Source: Macrostomum hystrix (lineage: Eukaryota > Animalia > Platyhelminthes). From it: a stretch of 64,000 nt of DNA. Shown piece after piece: positions 10,443-25,400 of this stretch (positions are counted from its first letter, which is position 1; every line of letters begins with the position of its first letter). The notes under the pieces were generated by a model that worked only from the letters and a program-made list of their open reading frames with translations, was not told the origin of the DNA and did no database searches. The stretch lies in assembly GCA_950097015.1 (NCBI GenBank), contig CATNEN010000007.1, positions 13,144,001-13,208,000 on the forward strand, given 5' to 3'. The position numbers were made by a program, and so were the translations under genes.

Positions 10443-13400
10443 CTACGGGGGGATGTGCAGAGACTGCATTGTTGTCAGCAGTTCACAAAACTTAAGTTAG
10501 CATAAATAAAAAAATCGCATGGTAGCTGCGTTGTACAATGAGACCCAGATGGAGAAGATCTCCCGTTTTCTTGTTACGCCGTCTTTGTATGAGCACTCAC
10601 GGTGAAGAGTTGATGGCAGTGGGAAATCATAAAGGTGACGCAGGCGGTGGCGGCCTTATGGTCCTGAAGGTCGCGTGGGTCGGGAACTCCAGTGGCTCGA
10701 CGGAAACGACGGGGTGAGAGACCGCTGCTGGCGGGCGCCTCGTGTGGGAAGTAGAACAGTGACGGCGCAAGGCACACGGCGAGGTTCGATGCGTTCATCT
10801 GCGTGGCTTCCGCATTCTCTGCAAAATCCTTCAGGAAGTAAAGCAGCGATTGGAGAACCTCGCGGTTCTCGTCGGGCAGCAGCAGCAGTGCGCACTGCAA
10901 CGCCAGCAGCCGCAGCTGGTCAGAGGGCACGAAGGTGAATAGATCCATGAGTGTGGGTGACAGCTTCGTGGTGACGAGACACTCAGGAAGCTCGCGGAGG
11001 TAAATCTTTACGAGATCGGCCAGGTCATACGGTTGGCACTGGCTGAAGTCACGCGTCTCTGGCTGCGCATCAATGTCCGCTTTCAGCGCCGAAATACGGG
11101 CCTTACCACCAGTGCGGCGAAAAATTCCGTGTGCAGAAACACCGCTCTGTCGCAGCTGCCGCATCATGTGGACAATGCACGGGGGCAGTGGCTGCCCGCA
11201 GCGCATCTGCACAGTGCTCAGCGGCACGCCGAATACGGCTGTCTTGCTTGGCGGGCTGGGTGACTTCGGCCGGCGCAGGAATTTGGGCAGGAACCTGCGG
11301 TTCCGGACATTAGGTGAACGCAGTTTAAGTAATTGCTTATAGGTAGTGAAGGACCTGGAAATCTTTACTACTTGAATATCTGTGAGGGGCACTCACCAGG
11401 ACAATAGGGATTTGTTTGGTGGGCAGAACTCCTGAAGGACTTTGTTGAGCTCCAGAAAGGCGGCATTCTTAAGCACCTGCATCTGAGCGATTGACATGGC
11501 CGCGATCTGCATTTCACGTACTTGAATGCTTGGTCGGTGCGACCGAGCAAACGATGACCAGCGAAACTTGGTGCCCCGCCTGATGCCGCCGCAGCTCCCG
11601 TTGTTCTCACCCAGCTGACACTCGCCTGTGCAGTCCACCTCAGCTTGCTCACCCGCCATGACCTGTGGGCTGCGTAAGGCACTCGGGGGTAGCGCAAATA
11701 CACTGATCTACGAGCCAGTTCCAGCCGCTCCAAGCACCAGCCACTCCAAGCACCAGCCACTCCTAGCACCAGCTACTCCTAGCAACAGCTACTCCTAGCA
11801 CCAGCTACTCCTACCACCAGCCACTCCTTGCACCAGCTACTCCTAGCATTAGCTATTTCCTAGCACCAGCTACTCCTATAGCAACAGCCACTCCTTGCAC
11901 CAGCTACTCCTAGCAACAGCTACTCCTAGCACCAGCTACTCCTACCACCAGCCACTCCTTGCACCAGCTACTCCTAGCATTAGCTATTTCCTAGCACCAG
12001 CTACTCCTATAGCAACAGCCACTCCTTGCACCAGCTACACCTAGCACTAGCTACTCCTAGCAACAGCCACTCCTAGCACCAGCTACTCCTAGCATTAGCT
12101 ATTTCCTAGCACCAGCTACTCCTAGCACTAGCTACTCCTAGCACCAGCTACTCCTACCACCAGCCACTCCTAGCAACAGCCACTCCTAGCACCAGCCACT
12201 CCTTGCACCAGCTACTCCTAGCATTAGCTATTTCCTAGCACCAGCTACTCCTAGCACTAGCTACTCCTAGCACCAGCTACTCCTAGCACCAGCTACTCCT
12301 AGCATTAGCTATTTCCTAGCACCAGCTACTCCTAGCACTAGCTACTCCTAGCACCAGCTACGCCTAGCACCAGCCACTCCTTGCACCAGCTACTCCTAGC
12401 ATTAGCTATTTCCTAGCACCAGCTACTCCTAGCAACAGCCACTCCTAGCACCAGCTACTCCTAGCACCAGCTACTCCTAGCATTAGCTATTTCCTAGCAC
12501 CAGCTACTCCTAGCAACAGCCACTCCTAGCACCAGCTACTCCTAGCACTAGCTACTCCTAGCAACAGCCACTCCTAGCACCAGCCGCTCCTAGCACCAGC
12601 TACTCCTAGCACCAGCCGCTCCTATCACCAGCTACTCCTAGCATTAGCTATTTCCTAGCACCAGCTACTCCTAGCAACAGCCACTCCTTGCACCAGCTAC
12701 TCCTATCATTAGCTATTTCCTAGCACCAGCTACTCCTAGCACTAGCTACTCCTAGCACCAGCTACTCCTACCACCAGCCACTCCTAGCAACAGCCACTCC
12801 TAGCACCAGCCACTCCTTGCACCAGCTACTCCTAGCATTAGCTATTTCCTAGCACCAGCTACTCCTAGCACTAGCTACTCCTAGCACCAGCTACTCCTAG
12901 CACCAGCTACTCCTAGCATTAGCTATTTCCTAGCACCAGCTACTCCTAGCATTAGCTATTTCCTAGCACCAGCTACTCCTAGCAACAGCCACTCCTAGCA
13001 CCAGCTACTCCTAGCACTAGCTACTCCTAGCAACAGCCACTCCTAGCACCAGCCGCTCCTAGCACCAGCTACTCCTAGCACCAGCCGCTCCTATCACCAG
13101 CTACTTCTAGCATTACTCGTAGCTATTCCCTTGCACCAGCCATTTCCCCATAGTCAGCTATTCCCCAGCAACCGTTATTCCCCATTACCAGTCATTCCCT
13201 AGCACGATTGATTCCGCAGCACCAGCTATTCCCAGTACCAACCTGTACCGCAGCAAGGTGGGCGAGTCCATGCCACTATCTCGCCGCTCTCGGGCCAAAG
13301 GGTGAGCCCGCACGCCCAGCAGAGTGTCCAATTCGGCAATGTTGCCGATGAGGTCACCGACGTCTGCAGCAGCGAGCTGGTGCGAGGCCGCAGCCGCCGC

Positions 13401-16400
13401 TCTTGCTGACGGTGGCCCCAGGGCAGCTGGCAGTGGAGAATTCGGGACGCTTTTAAATCCCGTCGGGCCTGGCAGTTGGTCGGTGGGTTTGGACGAGATT
13501 TTCTTTTGCAGTTGGTATAATCATTGCCAGTTTCACAATTTTCCACCTTCATGCGCAATACGGCAGTTAATTTCATTACAACCGCATAAGTTACAACCGG
13601 GGGTTCTTCGGTTTGGTGTGACTTTACTAGCACTGCTAGATCTCCATGTGAACACTAATGCCATCAGTCCAACCAGCCACTCATTACACTGAGCACTAAT
13701 GCCATCAGTCCAACCAGCCACTCTTTACACTGAGCACTAATGCCATCAGTCCAACCAGCCACTCTTTACACTGAGCACTAATGCCATCAGTCCAACCAGC
13801 CACTCATTACACTGAGCACTAATGCCGTCAGTCCAACTAGCCACTCTTTACACTGAGCACTAATGCCGTCAGTCCAACCAGCCACTCATTACACTGAGCA
13901 CTAATGCCATCAGTCCAACCAGCCACTCATTACACTGAGCACTAATGCCATCAGTCCAACCAGCCACTCTTTACACTGAGCACTAATGCCATCAGTCCAA
14001 CCAGCCACTCTTTACACTGAGCACTAATGCCATCAGTCCAACCAGCCACTCTTTACACTGAGCACTAATGCCATCAGTCCAACCAGCCACTCATTACACT
14101 GAGCACTAATGCCGTCAGTCCAACCAGCCCCTCGACACGGGCACTCACCGAGCACTCTGCTAGTCGTTTGTCTGCTGTAGGCAGCGCAGAGTATGCTTAG
14201 ATTTGAGAGGCAAAACGAATGCGGACCTAGCTGGTCTGACTGGGGAGGGGCTGGCAGAAGCAGACGCAGGCTGGGCAGAAGAAGTGCAGCAGGAGGCAGC
14301 GCGGAGGCCGAGAGGATCGGGCTAATTGATAGCGGGCTTGGCCAATCTGCTGCCGGGACTGGCCAAAGATTAGGTCGGGGAGGCCGCCGCCGCCGTGCGA
14401 GGAAAGCGTTAGAAAGGCTGGGCCGGGACCAGACAGCCCAAAAAGCGCCAAAAAAGTAGGCAATGCCCACGTTCGGGTAGGAGAGGCTGGGTCAGAAGGA
14501 TTAGCCAATGCCGCATCGGAGAGACTTTTCAAATTACCGAAAGCTGCGCAGAATCGGGCTGCTGCCAATGTACTTGTCAGGTACAGGCTGCTGAATTGTG
14601 TAGGACTGCGCAGTGCGGAACTGCGCTGGAGTCTGCATCAGGTGAGAGGGATTTCGAGAGGCTGCAGGGATTAGGTGGCTGGACTGTGAATGTCGGCCAA
14701 GGAGGGGAACAGAAGCTGCAAAAGAAGGTGAATGTCTGAAGTGCTGCATTGGCCAAATGAATGCAATTCAATGGAGGCTATTAGCTTTTCAGACTAGAAA
14801 GCATAATAGATTAGAGGGCCGCTCAGCGCATCTTGAGTTTTGGAAAAGAAGGTAGCATGTAAAACATCTCTTGCCAGTTTAGCGAAAGAGACAGTTAAGC
14901 TATAGTAAGGAGCAAAAAAGTTTCCTATTGGGCTCTTAAGCTCCTCTGGAGCTGCTTGAGCACTGAGTAGTCTATTGAGCTTTTGAATGATACATGTTCG
15001 CCAGGTTCTGGCTCGAAAATACCTCTGACTCTGACAGGTATGCCAAAGCCTCTGAATTCACTGGCTGACCCAGTGACACAGTGACGGCCTCTGGCAGGTT
15101 TGGCAAAGCCTCTGATCTCACTGGCTGACCCAGTGACACAGTGACGGCCTCTGGCAGGTTTGGCAAAGCCTCTGATCTCACTGGCTGACCCAGTGACACA
15201 GTGACGGACTCTGACAGGTATGCCAAAGCCTCTGATCTCACTGGCTGACCCAGTGACACAGTGACGGCCTCTGGCAGGTATGCCAAAGCCTCTGATCTCA
15301 CTGGCTGACCCAGTGACACAGTGACGGCCTCTGGCAGGTTTGGCAAAGCCTCTGATCTCACTGGCTGACCCAGTGACACAGTGACGGCCTCTGGCAGGTT
15401 TGGCAGAGCCTGTGATCTCACTGGCGGACCCAGTGACACAGTGACGGTCTCTGACAGGTATGCCAAAGCCTCTGATCTCACTGGCTGACCCAGTGACACA
15501 GTGACGGCCTCTGGCAGGTTTGGCAAAGCCTCTGATCTCACTGGCTGACCCAGTGACACAGTGACGGTCTCTGACAGGTATGCCAAAGCCTCTGATCTCA
15601 CTGGCTGACCCAGTGACACAGTGACGGCCTTTGGCAGCGACAGAAAAGGCCCAGAACTCACTGGAGGAGGAAAAGAGTGGCGGACTGGTGGAGTTTGCCC
15701 TGCAACGGACAGCACCAGTGGCGCACAAACAATGATGCGGAATGGTACACTCATCACGATTAGCAAGATACGCAGCAAAGTGCAGTTTTCGAGGCCTGCC
15801 GGGAATAAAACACACGTCGCACAATTGCAGTTGCTATTGAAGGCAGAACAAATAGCCCGGGAAGAATTTCGCCTGCAGCGAAGTGCCGTTCAAGCCAAGG
15901 CACACTCGAAAGGAAGCCACGCAAGAGAGCATTCATCACAGCCGCTGGGCCGGGGAGGGAAAAAGAGGGGAAGGCGATTGTCGCAAAGTATCCCGATTCC
16001 ATGCTTCCTTTGTTGTAGACCGCACCGAAGAGGCAGGCTGGAGTGGCGTCTGCCCACCCACCGACACCAGCCGCATGTCCATTTTTCGTTTTCCTACAAA
16101 CCCGCGTCGATGCAAGCGTCATTGTCAGCTATTCTCGATCAGCCAATGAGGTTCGGTCTGCCCTCTCACAGTATAGCAGCAGCTCCAGCAACTACCCAGA
16201 AAGGCAGTCCTCTGGAAACACCGTGCGGAATGCGACTCCTGCAAAAGCCCCCCAGCCTGCCACGTCACGTTTCGAATGATCTAAGTGTACACGCCTGGCT
16301 TCTACAAGAGGCATTTTTGTGCCTGTAAAAGTACATGAGAACATTGGCGAAAAATGCTACTTACAAGTAGTGTATCGCTGAGCTTAAGTTGGACTCCTGT

Positions 16401-19400
16401 TAGAGCAGTGTCTATATGACGATTTCTACCTCAGGGGGCTGTGCATTGGCTTTATATACAATATTTGTGAGTAATGGACCAGAGTGCTGGGATCAAAAAC
16501 TGAGTGCACTTCTATTCTCAGCGGCCAGATAATCCTGCTCTGCTGCTCTCAAGCAGGCGAGTGTCTAATAATTCATGAAAAATTATTACAGACACGCGAG
16601 ATTTAAAAAATTCCTTGTAAAAAAGTAATAAAGCGAGAGCATTAACTATAGTCTGTGATTTATGAGTTCTCTAGAGAATATTTCATCAAATCGAAATGGA
16701 TAGCGAGTGACATTAAAATCTTTTGATTTAGGATCGTGCAAAACCTGGAAATCCAAATGTACGCTCGTCAATTTCGATGCCATATGGGTTTAGAGGTTTT
16801 GAAAAAAGAGCTTAAGCGGCAGACACAGAAAAAAATTAGGCTCTACTTTGTAGAGGTAATAGCTCAAACGAGCTCGAAAATTCAGTAGACAAGCCCCAAA
16901 AATGTTCAATGCGCCTCACCGGGTATAGCAAACTACATTCACGCACACGCTTCCATTAACTTATACTCCTCACTAATAACGATCTGGCATGACACTTCCA
17001 GGAACCTGACCAGTCTGTATCCATCAGAAATGAGCTGGCCTGATGCTTCCAGGGACCTGACCAGTCTGTATCCATCAGAAATGAGCTGGCCTGACACTTC
17101 CAGGAACCTGACCAGTCTGTATCCATCAGAAATGAGCTGGCCTGACACTTCCAGGAACCTGACCAGTCTGTATCCATCAGAAATGAGCTGGCCTGATGCT
17201 TCCAGGAACCTGACCAGTCTGTATCCATCAGAAAGGAGCTGGCCTGACACTTCCAGGAACCTGACCAGTCTGTATCCATCAGAAATGAGCTGGCCTGATG
17301 CTTCCAGGAACCTGACCAGTCTGTATCCATCAGAAATGAGCTGGCCTGATGCTTCCAGGGACCTGACCAGTCTGTATCCATCAGAAATGAGCTGGCCTGA
17401 TGCTTCCAGGGACCTGACCAGTCTGTATCCATCAGAAATGAGCTGGCCTGATGCTTCCAGGGACCTGACCAGTTCTGCCTCAGTTCAGTATATGCAAATA
17501 TATGTGGCACAGCCGATGCGGGGTTAATTTCGCACTTTTGCGACACTCACACAGTTGGAAGGAAAGCAGACCCGGCATTCGCAAAACATTGCATCTCAAT
17601 GCCACACTCACAGAGCTGGAAGGAAAGCAGACCCGGCATTCGCAAAGCATTGCATCTCAATGCCACACTCACAGAGCTGGAAGGAAAGCAGACCCGGCAT
17701 TCGCAAAGCATTGCATCTCAATGCCACACTCACAGAGCTGGAAGGAAAGCAGACCCGGCATTCGCTAGTGTCAGCAAAGATAAAGTAAACAGACGCACCT
17801 CTGCGCACTGTGAGGCCGGTGCTCAGCTCTGCCAACACCCTGTCAAGATCATCGCTATTTGCCTGAGAGGAGCGCGATGCTGCCATCGAGGTTGACGACG
17901 CTCCTGCGCCAGAAGTGGAGGGCGCCCCTGTGGCACCGGCGGTGTTGGCACCGACGCTGCGGTTGTGGAAGCTGCCGGTGCGGAGGTTAAAGCGTTGGCT
18001 GAGCGAAGAACTGGCAGTCATGAAGCTCTCATCCTCGGAAGGGGCCAGCGTGGACGGTGCGTAGCCGGCAGATGACATGATGGAGGAGAGTTCAGCCTCT
18101 GTCTCAATGCGGATTGGCGGCTGCTGACTGTTTCGGTCCTCCTGCTGTTGATGTGGCTGGGGATAGGAAGATGCTGAAGTTCCCGGCTGCGAACTCGACT
18201 GCTGCTGCTGGTTGCCCCGCGCAGTCTTTGAACGGCGCAGGGAGCGAAAACCAAAAGCGTCTCGGTGAAGACGACTGAGAGCCGAACGCAGGCGGAGGCT
18301 GGCGGAACGAAAAATACGGCCACGTGGCGACTTGGGCTGTGGTTGCGACTCCAAAACTGCTGCAGCTCCCCCCGAGGGTGGATCAGCCGCGGCTGACGAA
18401 GAGCCGGGACTGGCAAACTGACTGCCGCTTCCAGGCTCGAGGACAGAATCGTGGCTACTCAGAACTGCCAGTGAGTCGCCTGGATGCCCGGCACGGTGCT
18501 GTTTGCGGCGCGTCTGCGGTGGCTGTTGGCTGCCCCGGTGTTCCTCCTGTGGGACGGTGAAGCAGTTCATGCAAATCAGTCGCGGCTCAGCTGACGAAGA
18601 GAATCTTCCCAAAAACGGGAATCCCGCTGCCTGTTTTTCCGCCGATCGCCCTGCCCGTCTGCCTCATGAGTGGAGCGAATAGGGCTCTTTTACGCTCGGG
18701 AAAATTTCGGGTCGGAATTGAGGGGCAGAAGCTTGAGGGGCTCGGATGAGGGCAGGGCAAGGGAGAAGGCGAGATTGCTGCGAGCGAGCGGTGGCATCGC
18801 AATTCTTCATGCGGCCCCTGCACCCCCATTAAAAAACCGTCGGCATTGGGCCCAAAACCCAGCCCACCGCAGGCAATAGCGTGCGATGGGGAAGATGGGT
18901 GGGTGAGGGAGCGGAGTCAAAACAGCAGGGATGCGGGCCGCGGCCAGCTGACAATCTGCCCTAATCCCTGCGATCCGACCTGCCTGCCTCCTGCCTCTAG
19001 AAGCAATGGGCGCATCCGCACTCTGTATGCGTGCGAGCGCCACAGTTCGCTAAGTCGGCACTGGCCACGCCAAACCCCACGCCGATGATGGAGCTGGGAG
19101 GCTGGGGTGTCGGTGCTTCTTAGAGAGGGTGAAGAAGGGAACTAGATTCAGCTTGAACGTGCATGTGCAGGCCCTTACAGGCCCAAAGCTGTGTATAATT
19201 GGGGAAATTGAAGGCCAAATAATTAATTAAGAAACTGCCAAAGCAGGACTACATCCAGTATTCTGGTGGATTTAGTGTGCACATGACTGCCGAGATAGTG
19301 ATTCTTAAGTTCTCAAAGGAACCAATTAGCAAGGCTTTATTATTTATGAATTGTCAGCAACATTCAGTAGTTTCCAATGTAAAGAGAACCTCTGCCTGTT

Positions 19401-22400
19401 TTCTCCACAAGCTATCGATATTGCGATCAAATCAACTGAAGTTACTTTTTAATTTCCATTGGCACCAAGCTTAACCTTTATTTGTGCTTATGCATCAACA
19501 AGAGGTTGTTGATGCGAGCTCAAAAGTGGAGGACACTCGGCAAAGCAGGACATCCAGTCCAGAGGTTGTTGATGCAAGCTCAAAAGTGGAGGGCACTCGG
19601 CAAAGCAGGACATCCAGTCCAGAGGCTGTTGATGCAAGCTCAAAAGTGGAGGGCACTCGGCAAAGCAGGACATCCAGTCCAGAGGCTGTTGATGCGAGCA
19701 CAAAAGTGGAGGACACTCGGCAAAGCAGGACATCCAGTCCAGAGGCTGTTGATGCAAGCTCAAAAGTGGAGGGCACTCGGCAAAGCAGGACATCCAGTCC
19801 AGAGGCTGTTGATGCAAGCTCAAAAGTGGAGGGCACTCGGCAAAGCAGGACATCCAGTCCAGAGGCTGTTGATGCGAGCACAAAAGTGGAGGACACTCGG
19901 CAAAGCAGGACATCCAGTCCAGAGGCTGTTGATGCAAGCTCAAAAGTGGAGGGCACTCGGCAAAGCAGGACATCCAGTCCAGAGGCTGTTGATGCAAGCT
20001 CAAAAGTGGAGGGCACTCGGCAAAGCAGGACATCCAGTCCAGAGGCTGTTGATGCAAGCTCAAAAGTGGAGGGCACTCGGCAAAGCAGGACATCCAGTCC
20101 AGAGGCTGTTGATGCAAGCTCAAAAGTGGAGGGCACTCGGCAAAGCAGGACATCCAGTCTAGAGGTTGCTCATGCAAGCACTAAAAGTGGAGGACACTCG
20201 GCAAACGAGGGCACAGTCTGGCCAGCATAAGCAATTAGGCACCCTCCTATCAAGGACCACTAGTAGCACTTCGTTAGCTTCGTTAGCTTCGTTAGCTAAC
20301 AAATTCCTTGCCCTGGCAAGAAGTCCTTGCCTTCTATCTTTGCTACTTACATTTGCGACCTGGACAAATCAAGCTGTGCATTAGGACGATCACTGTGCAA
20401 ACGCCTGAAAGACTCGGGGCCACAGGGTGTTTGGATTCATGCTTTGTGCCGCTCTCTGCTTGCGAATCCTTCTATCGCTCGCGAGTTGCGTAGGAACTAC
20501 AGCTTGCAGATAGGGCTCGAATAGTGCAACAAACTGCGGGCAGGCTGACTACAGCTTGCAGATAGGGCTCGAATAGTGCAACAAACTGCGGGCAGGCTGA
20601 CTACAGCTTGCAGATAGGGCTCGAATAGTGCAACAAACTGCGGGCAGGCTGACTACAGCTTGCAGATAGGGCTCGAATAGTGCAACAAACTGCGGGCAGG
20701 CTGACTACAGCTTGCAGATAGGGCACGAATAGTGCAACAAACTGCGGGCAGGCTGACTACAGCTTGCAGATAGGGCACGAATAGTGCAACAAACTGCGGG
20801 CAGGCTGACTACAGCTTGCAGATAGGGCACGAATAGTGCAACAAACTGCGGGCAGGCTGACTACAGCTTGCAGATAGGGCACGAATAGTGCAACAAACTG
20901 CGGGCAGGCTGACTACAGCTTGCAGATAGGGCACGAATAGTGCAACAAACTGCGGACAGGCTGACTACAGCTTGCAGATAGGGCTCGAATAGTGCAACAA
21001 ACTGCGGGCAGGCTGACTACAGCTTGCAGATAGGGCACGAATAGTGCAACAAACTGCGGGCAGGCTGACTACAGCTTGCAGATAGGGCACGAATAGTGCA
21101 ACAAACTGCGGGCAGGCTGACTACAGCTTGCAGATAGGGCTCGAATAGTGCAACAAACTGCGGGCAGGCTGTGCTAGTGATGGGGGAACACAATTCGCAG
21201 CAAGGCTTTTCACGTCTTTCGCGCCGCAGGAAACAAGTAGGAAATGTGGAGGGAGGCATGGAGGAACAGATATGAAAGGGTCGGCGGTGGCCAAGGTCTT
21301 TGCAATCCTATCGAAACAGGCCCGGCAGGCAAGCGGAAACTGCTTTCTGGAGAGCTATCAATAACTGGGCTAAGAATAGCCGAAGACGCTGCAGATACGC
21401 GGGGGAAGAAGGCTTTTCGATGAGTGATGTCGGCGGCCCGTAGGGGCAAGTGCCGGGGCGGGGACAAAAACAACGGTGGCGGACAAGGCCATAGACATTC
21501 TGTGCGCCAAGCTCACTAGCAGGTTAGCGAAGTCTCAATAAACTTCAGACAGCTGCGAATTCTACTTATAGTAGGGCATTGGAAACTTTAGCAGTAGTTA
21601 AACCAAACAATCTGTGCGAGTTACTTTTCATCAGCTATTGGAATGCATTGCTGGGAGTGTGTGCGATAAATCAGCCTAACTGTGATCGCAGCAAGCCTAA
21701 GCCTAAAAAGCACGGACACTTTGGACACAGCTAAAAGCCCAATGTACGTCAGGGATGGGGATGAAAGTGGAGCAAAAGAGAAAAAAATATTTGCGCAATT
21801 GGGGCCATTCAAATAGCAGATACCATGTGAGGCCAGGTGACAAATATATGAGTCTATCCCAACCTTTATTTCCATCACTTATGTATCAAAGTAGAACAGT
21901 AGCGAACCATTGGGCCAAGTTTAAAGAGCCCAGAAGGACCAGAGGTTTGTTTGAAAGTAAGAGAAAAGCGGAATATTATCTGCGAAGAATGGAGACGAGA
22001 ACCTGAGGGGCTCATCCAAGTGGCCAGATGGTAAGTGGGTGCCGAATTTGAGTGCTAGGCAGGCAGTACAAGCATGAAAGCGGTACAAGAAGAGACTTGC
22101 TTTAGACTTGCGCTAGTTTAGAAAAGAAGTTTAGTTCACTTACCAGCCAAGGAGACAGCGAGCAGATTCAGTGGTAATACGAGCTATTTGGCGGCAAATA
22201 GTGGTCACTATTCAAAGTCAACGAGTGAGGATTGTGCTGAGGAAGTGTGCAGCTGTATTTGGGAAGTGAGCAGCTATATTAGGGAAGTGAGAAGCTATAT
22301 TAGGGAAATGAGAAGCTATATTATGGAAGTGAGAAGCTATATTAGGGAAATGAGAAGCTATATTAGGGAAATGAGCAGCTATATTAGGGAAGTGAGAAGC

Positions 22401-25400
22401 TATATTAGGGAAATGAGAAGCTATATATTAGGGAAGTGAGAAGCTATATTAGGGAAATGAGAAGCTATATTAGGGAAGTGAGAAGCTATATTAGGGAAGT
22501 GAGAAGCTATATTAGGGAAGTGAGAAGCTATATTAGGGAAGTGAGAAGCTATATTAGGGAAGTGAGAAGCTATATTAGGGAAGTGAGAAGCTATATTAGG
22601 GAAGTGAGCAGCTATATTAGGGAAGTGAGAAGCTATATTAGGGAAGTGAGAAGCTATATTAGGGAAGTGAGCAGCACTACTCAGGAAGTGAGCAGCTAAA
22701 CAAATTCCTAGCGAATTTCAAGTCGGAATAACTAAAAGCTCTAGTCAACTAGAGGTGAGCTTGACGCATTAGGGAGACTTTGGGATCAAGCAGAGGGTCG
22801 ATCAAGCAGATGGAGTTGCAAGGAATATGCCAGCCGACAGTTGCTCTCAGCTTCTCACCTTTCAGTCGCTTGGCGAATGCAGTCGCATGCTTTTCAGTGA
22901 GGCTTGCGAGCCGCTGCTTGCAGATGCATCCTTCACTCCCACTACCCCAGCTTCCTTTATTTCTTCCCAAGCCTTACACGAACCAAATCGGGTCGGCATG
23001 GACTGGCGGGGATGGAGGCAGAGTGCAGAGGGACCTCCCGCGCGTGTGCAGTTCGAAACTGTGACAGCGGTGCCCCCCCTTGCCAACTGCCTTTCCATTC
23101 AGGCGGGCGAACACACCCACCACTGCTTCCCCTCAGCGGCAGAAGGAGGAGAGAAAACACGAGGCGCAGGATCTGCGGCCTCTTCTGAGCCGCCTGGTGC
23201 TTTCCGCCTGAGGGCCGGAAGGCTGCAAAGGGGATTCAACACTCACATTGTGCTGGGAAGTGCAGTTTTAGTCATCGATCCACGTCACCCGCCTCCGCAA
23301 CTGTCTGACCGCCGCTAAAAAGAAACTTAAGAGGCCCATAGCTACAGGCCCCGAGTCAAACAGCTCATCTGTTAGATCATCTTAGGCCATCGTTATGTCA
23401 TCATTTGAAGTGAGCTCATATAAAATTGGCCATAAAGCCGAAAGCATGTTTTCTGATATTTGATATTTCCAGCGCAAAACTGAAAATCTGTGTAGATATC
23501 ATATTCAACAGCATCTGCTTGCCAGCCTTACCTTCAACTCCTTTAGCTGATCTTCCCGCTCCTCATCCTCCTCGTCTTGCGGCATAGCGCTTGCCCCAGC
23601 TTGGCACTCGAGCGGGTCCATGCGGCGTGTCAAAGCTGACTGCGGCTCCGGCCAGTCGGGCATGGAACAGAGACAGGTCAGACGCCAGCAGTGCCCCGGC
23701 AGAAGCGGCGTTCGAAGGTCCTCGACCGGGTCGGGCAAGAAGTGCAAAGGGTACAGCCGGCTCAGCTCAATCAGGCGGCCAATACGACTGTAGGAATTAA
23801 GGGTGGTTGGGAACTAGGTTCTGTGAGGATTACTCAAGTTGGGAATCGGATGCTGTGAGGATGCTGTGAGGATTACTCAAATTGGTAACTGGGTGCTGTG
23901 AGGATTACTCAAGTTGGGAATCGGATGCTGTGAGGATTACTCAAGTTGGGAATCGGATGCTGTGAGGATTACTCAAGTTGGGAATCGGATGCTGTGAGGA
24001 TGCTGTGAGGATTACTCAAGTTGGTAACTGGGTGCTGTGAGGATTACTCAAGTTGGGAATCGGATGCTGTGAGGATTACTCAAGTCGGGAACTGGGTGCT
24101 GCGAGGATCACTCAAGTTGAGAACTAAGCTCTGTGAGAATCCGTTAGAGGGGGACCTTTTTTTTGAAAACCAGTCAGTTTGGAAGTAGACGTTAAGTGCC
24201 CGCGTCCTGCCGAAAGCGATACCATAGTAAGCAGCAGTCACTGCTGTATGGCCTAGCTTGATTTGGTGCTGGCCACTGGCCAATCAGAGTGTTCTGTCCA
24301 AGGTGGACCAGAGCTCATGCATCGCCACAGCGAGCTAGAGCTTTAATTCTCAACTCAATTTTCTGGAAAAGTGAAATACAGGAGAGTATTATTAGAAGAG
24401 ACCAGCTAGAGGAAAGGTAGAGACTACGAGCAAGGCGACCCTCAGTAAGTCCAGGTTGGCAGAAATCATAGCTGACAGGAAGCCGAGCATGGAAAACAGA
24501 GGAAAGCACGGGGGCAGCCACAAGGCCAGAATCTCAGTGGCGTTCAAGAGCTTCCTGCGCTTTGCCTCACAACAGTCAGCAGGCTGACAAAGTCCCGAGT
24601 CTGTAGTAGACTGTGCCAGCTTGTTAAACGGTCTGCCTGCACTTTGCCTCACCACAGTCAGCAGGCTGGCAAAGTCCCGAGTCTGTAGTAGACTGAGCCA
24701 GCTTGTTAAACGGTCTGCCTGTACTTTGCCTCACCACAGTCAGCAGGCTGACAAAGTCCCGAGTCTGTAGTAGACTGAGCCAGCTTGTTAAAAAATCAAA
24801 GCAATGAAAAAATCCGATTGATCTGGTTTACTTCTACTGCCTCCGAATTGGCAGGCTGGTCAAGTCCTCTGGTTTTTCTAGCTTTCCAGATTTCTCTGTC
24901 GGCCTCAACAAAAGAATGGTTCCCAATGGTCTCAAAGGCTAAGCAGTGACTGCCATGCTGAATGTCCATTCTCCAGCAAGGGTTTTAATGCGCATTAGCC
25001 AGCTTCTCCCTTGAGAAAGCCGACTAAGAAGAGCGCTGAGAGTATGCTCGGCCAGAGATCAAAGCTCCGGATGCGAGCTGCAATAAGCTCAGCCTTTCAG
25101 CATTGCTTTCCAGCGCGACTTGAGCAAGCCCCCTGAGCCTTTGAGTTTCTCCTCAGTGCAAGCAGTTCCAGTCCGTCGGACCTAGGCAGACAGACAGTCC
25201 ATTAGGTCATGCCACACTGCTACTCCCTATCTGTGCACATGTATTTTCCTCAAATCTTATTTTATTCCATAGAAACTAAAAGGTAGTCTTACTGTAACGA
25301 TCTGATTCCAGAATGCATGCTATTGAACTTTCAGGCTGCATGCAGCTCGCCAGGATATAAACAGTCTGTTTAGATGTTAAAATCTCACCTGGCAATGAGT

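Noticed and set aside
14925-20230. Long repetitive ORFs (14925-15824, 16956-17546, 19482-20230)
   Set aside because: They arise from 51- and 60-bp minisatellites open in several frames or strands, and are not needed by the phase-consistent DLC model.
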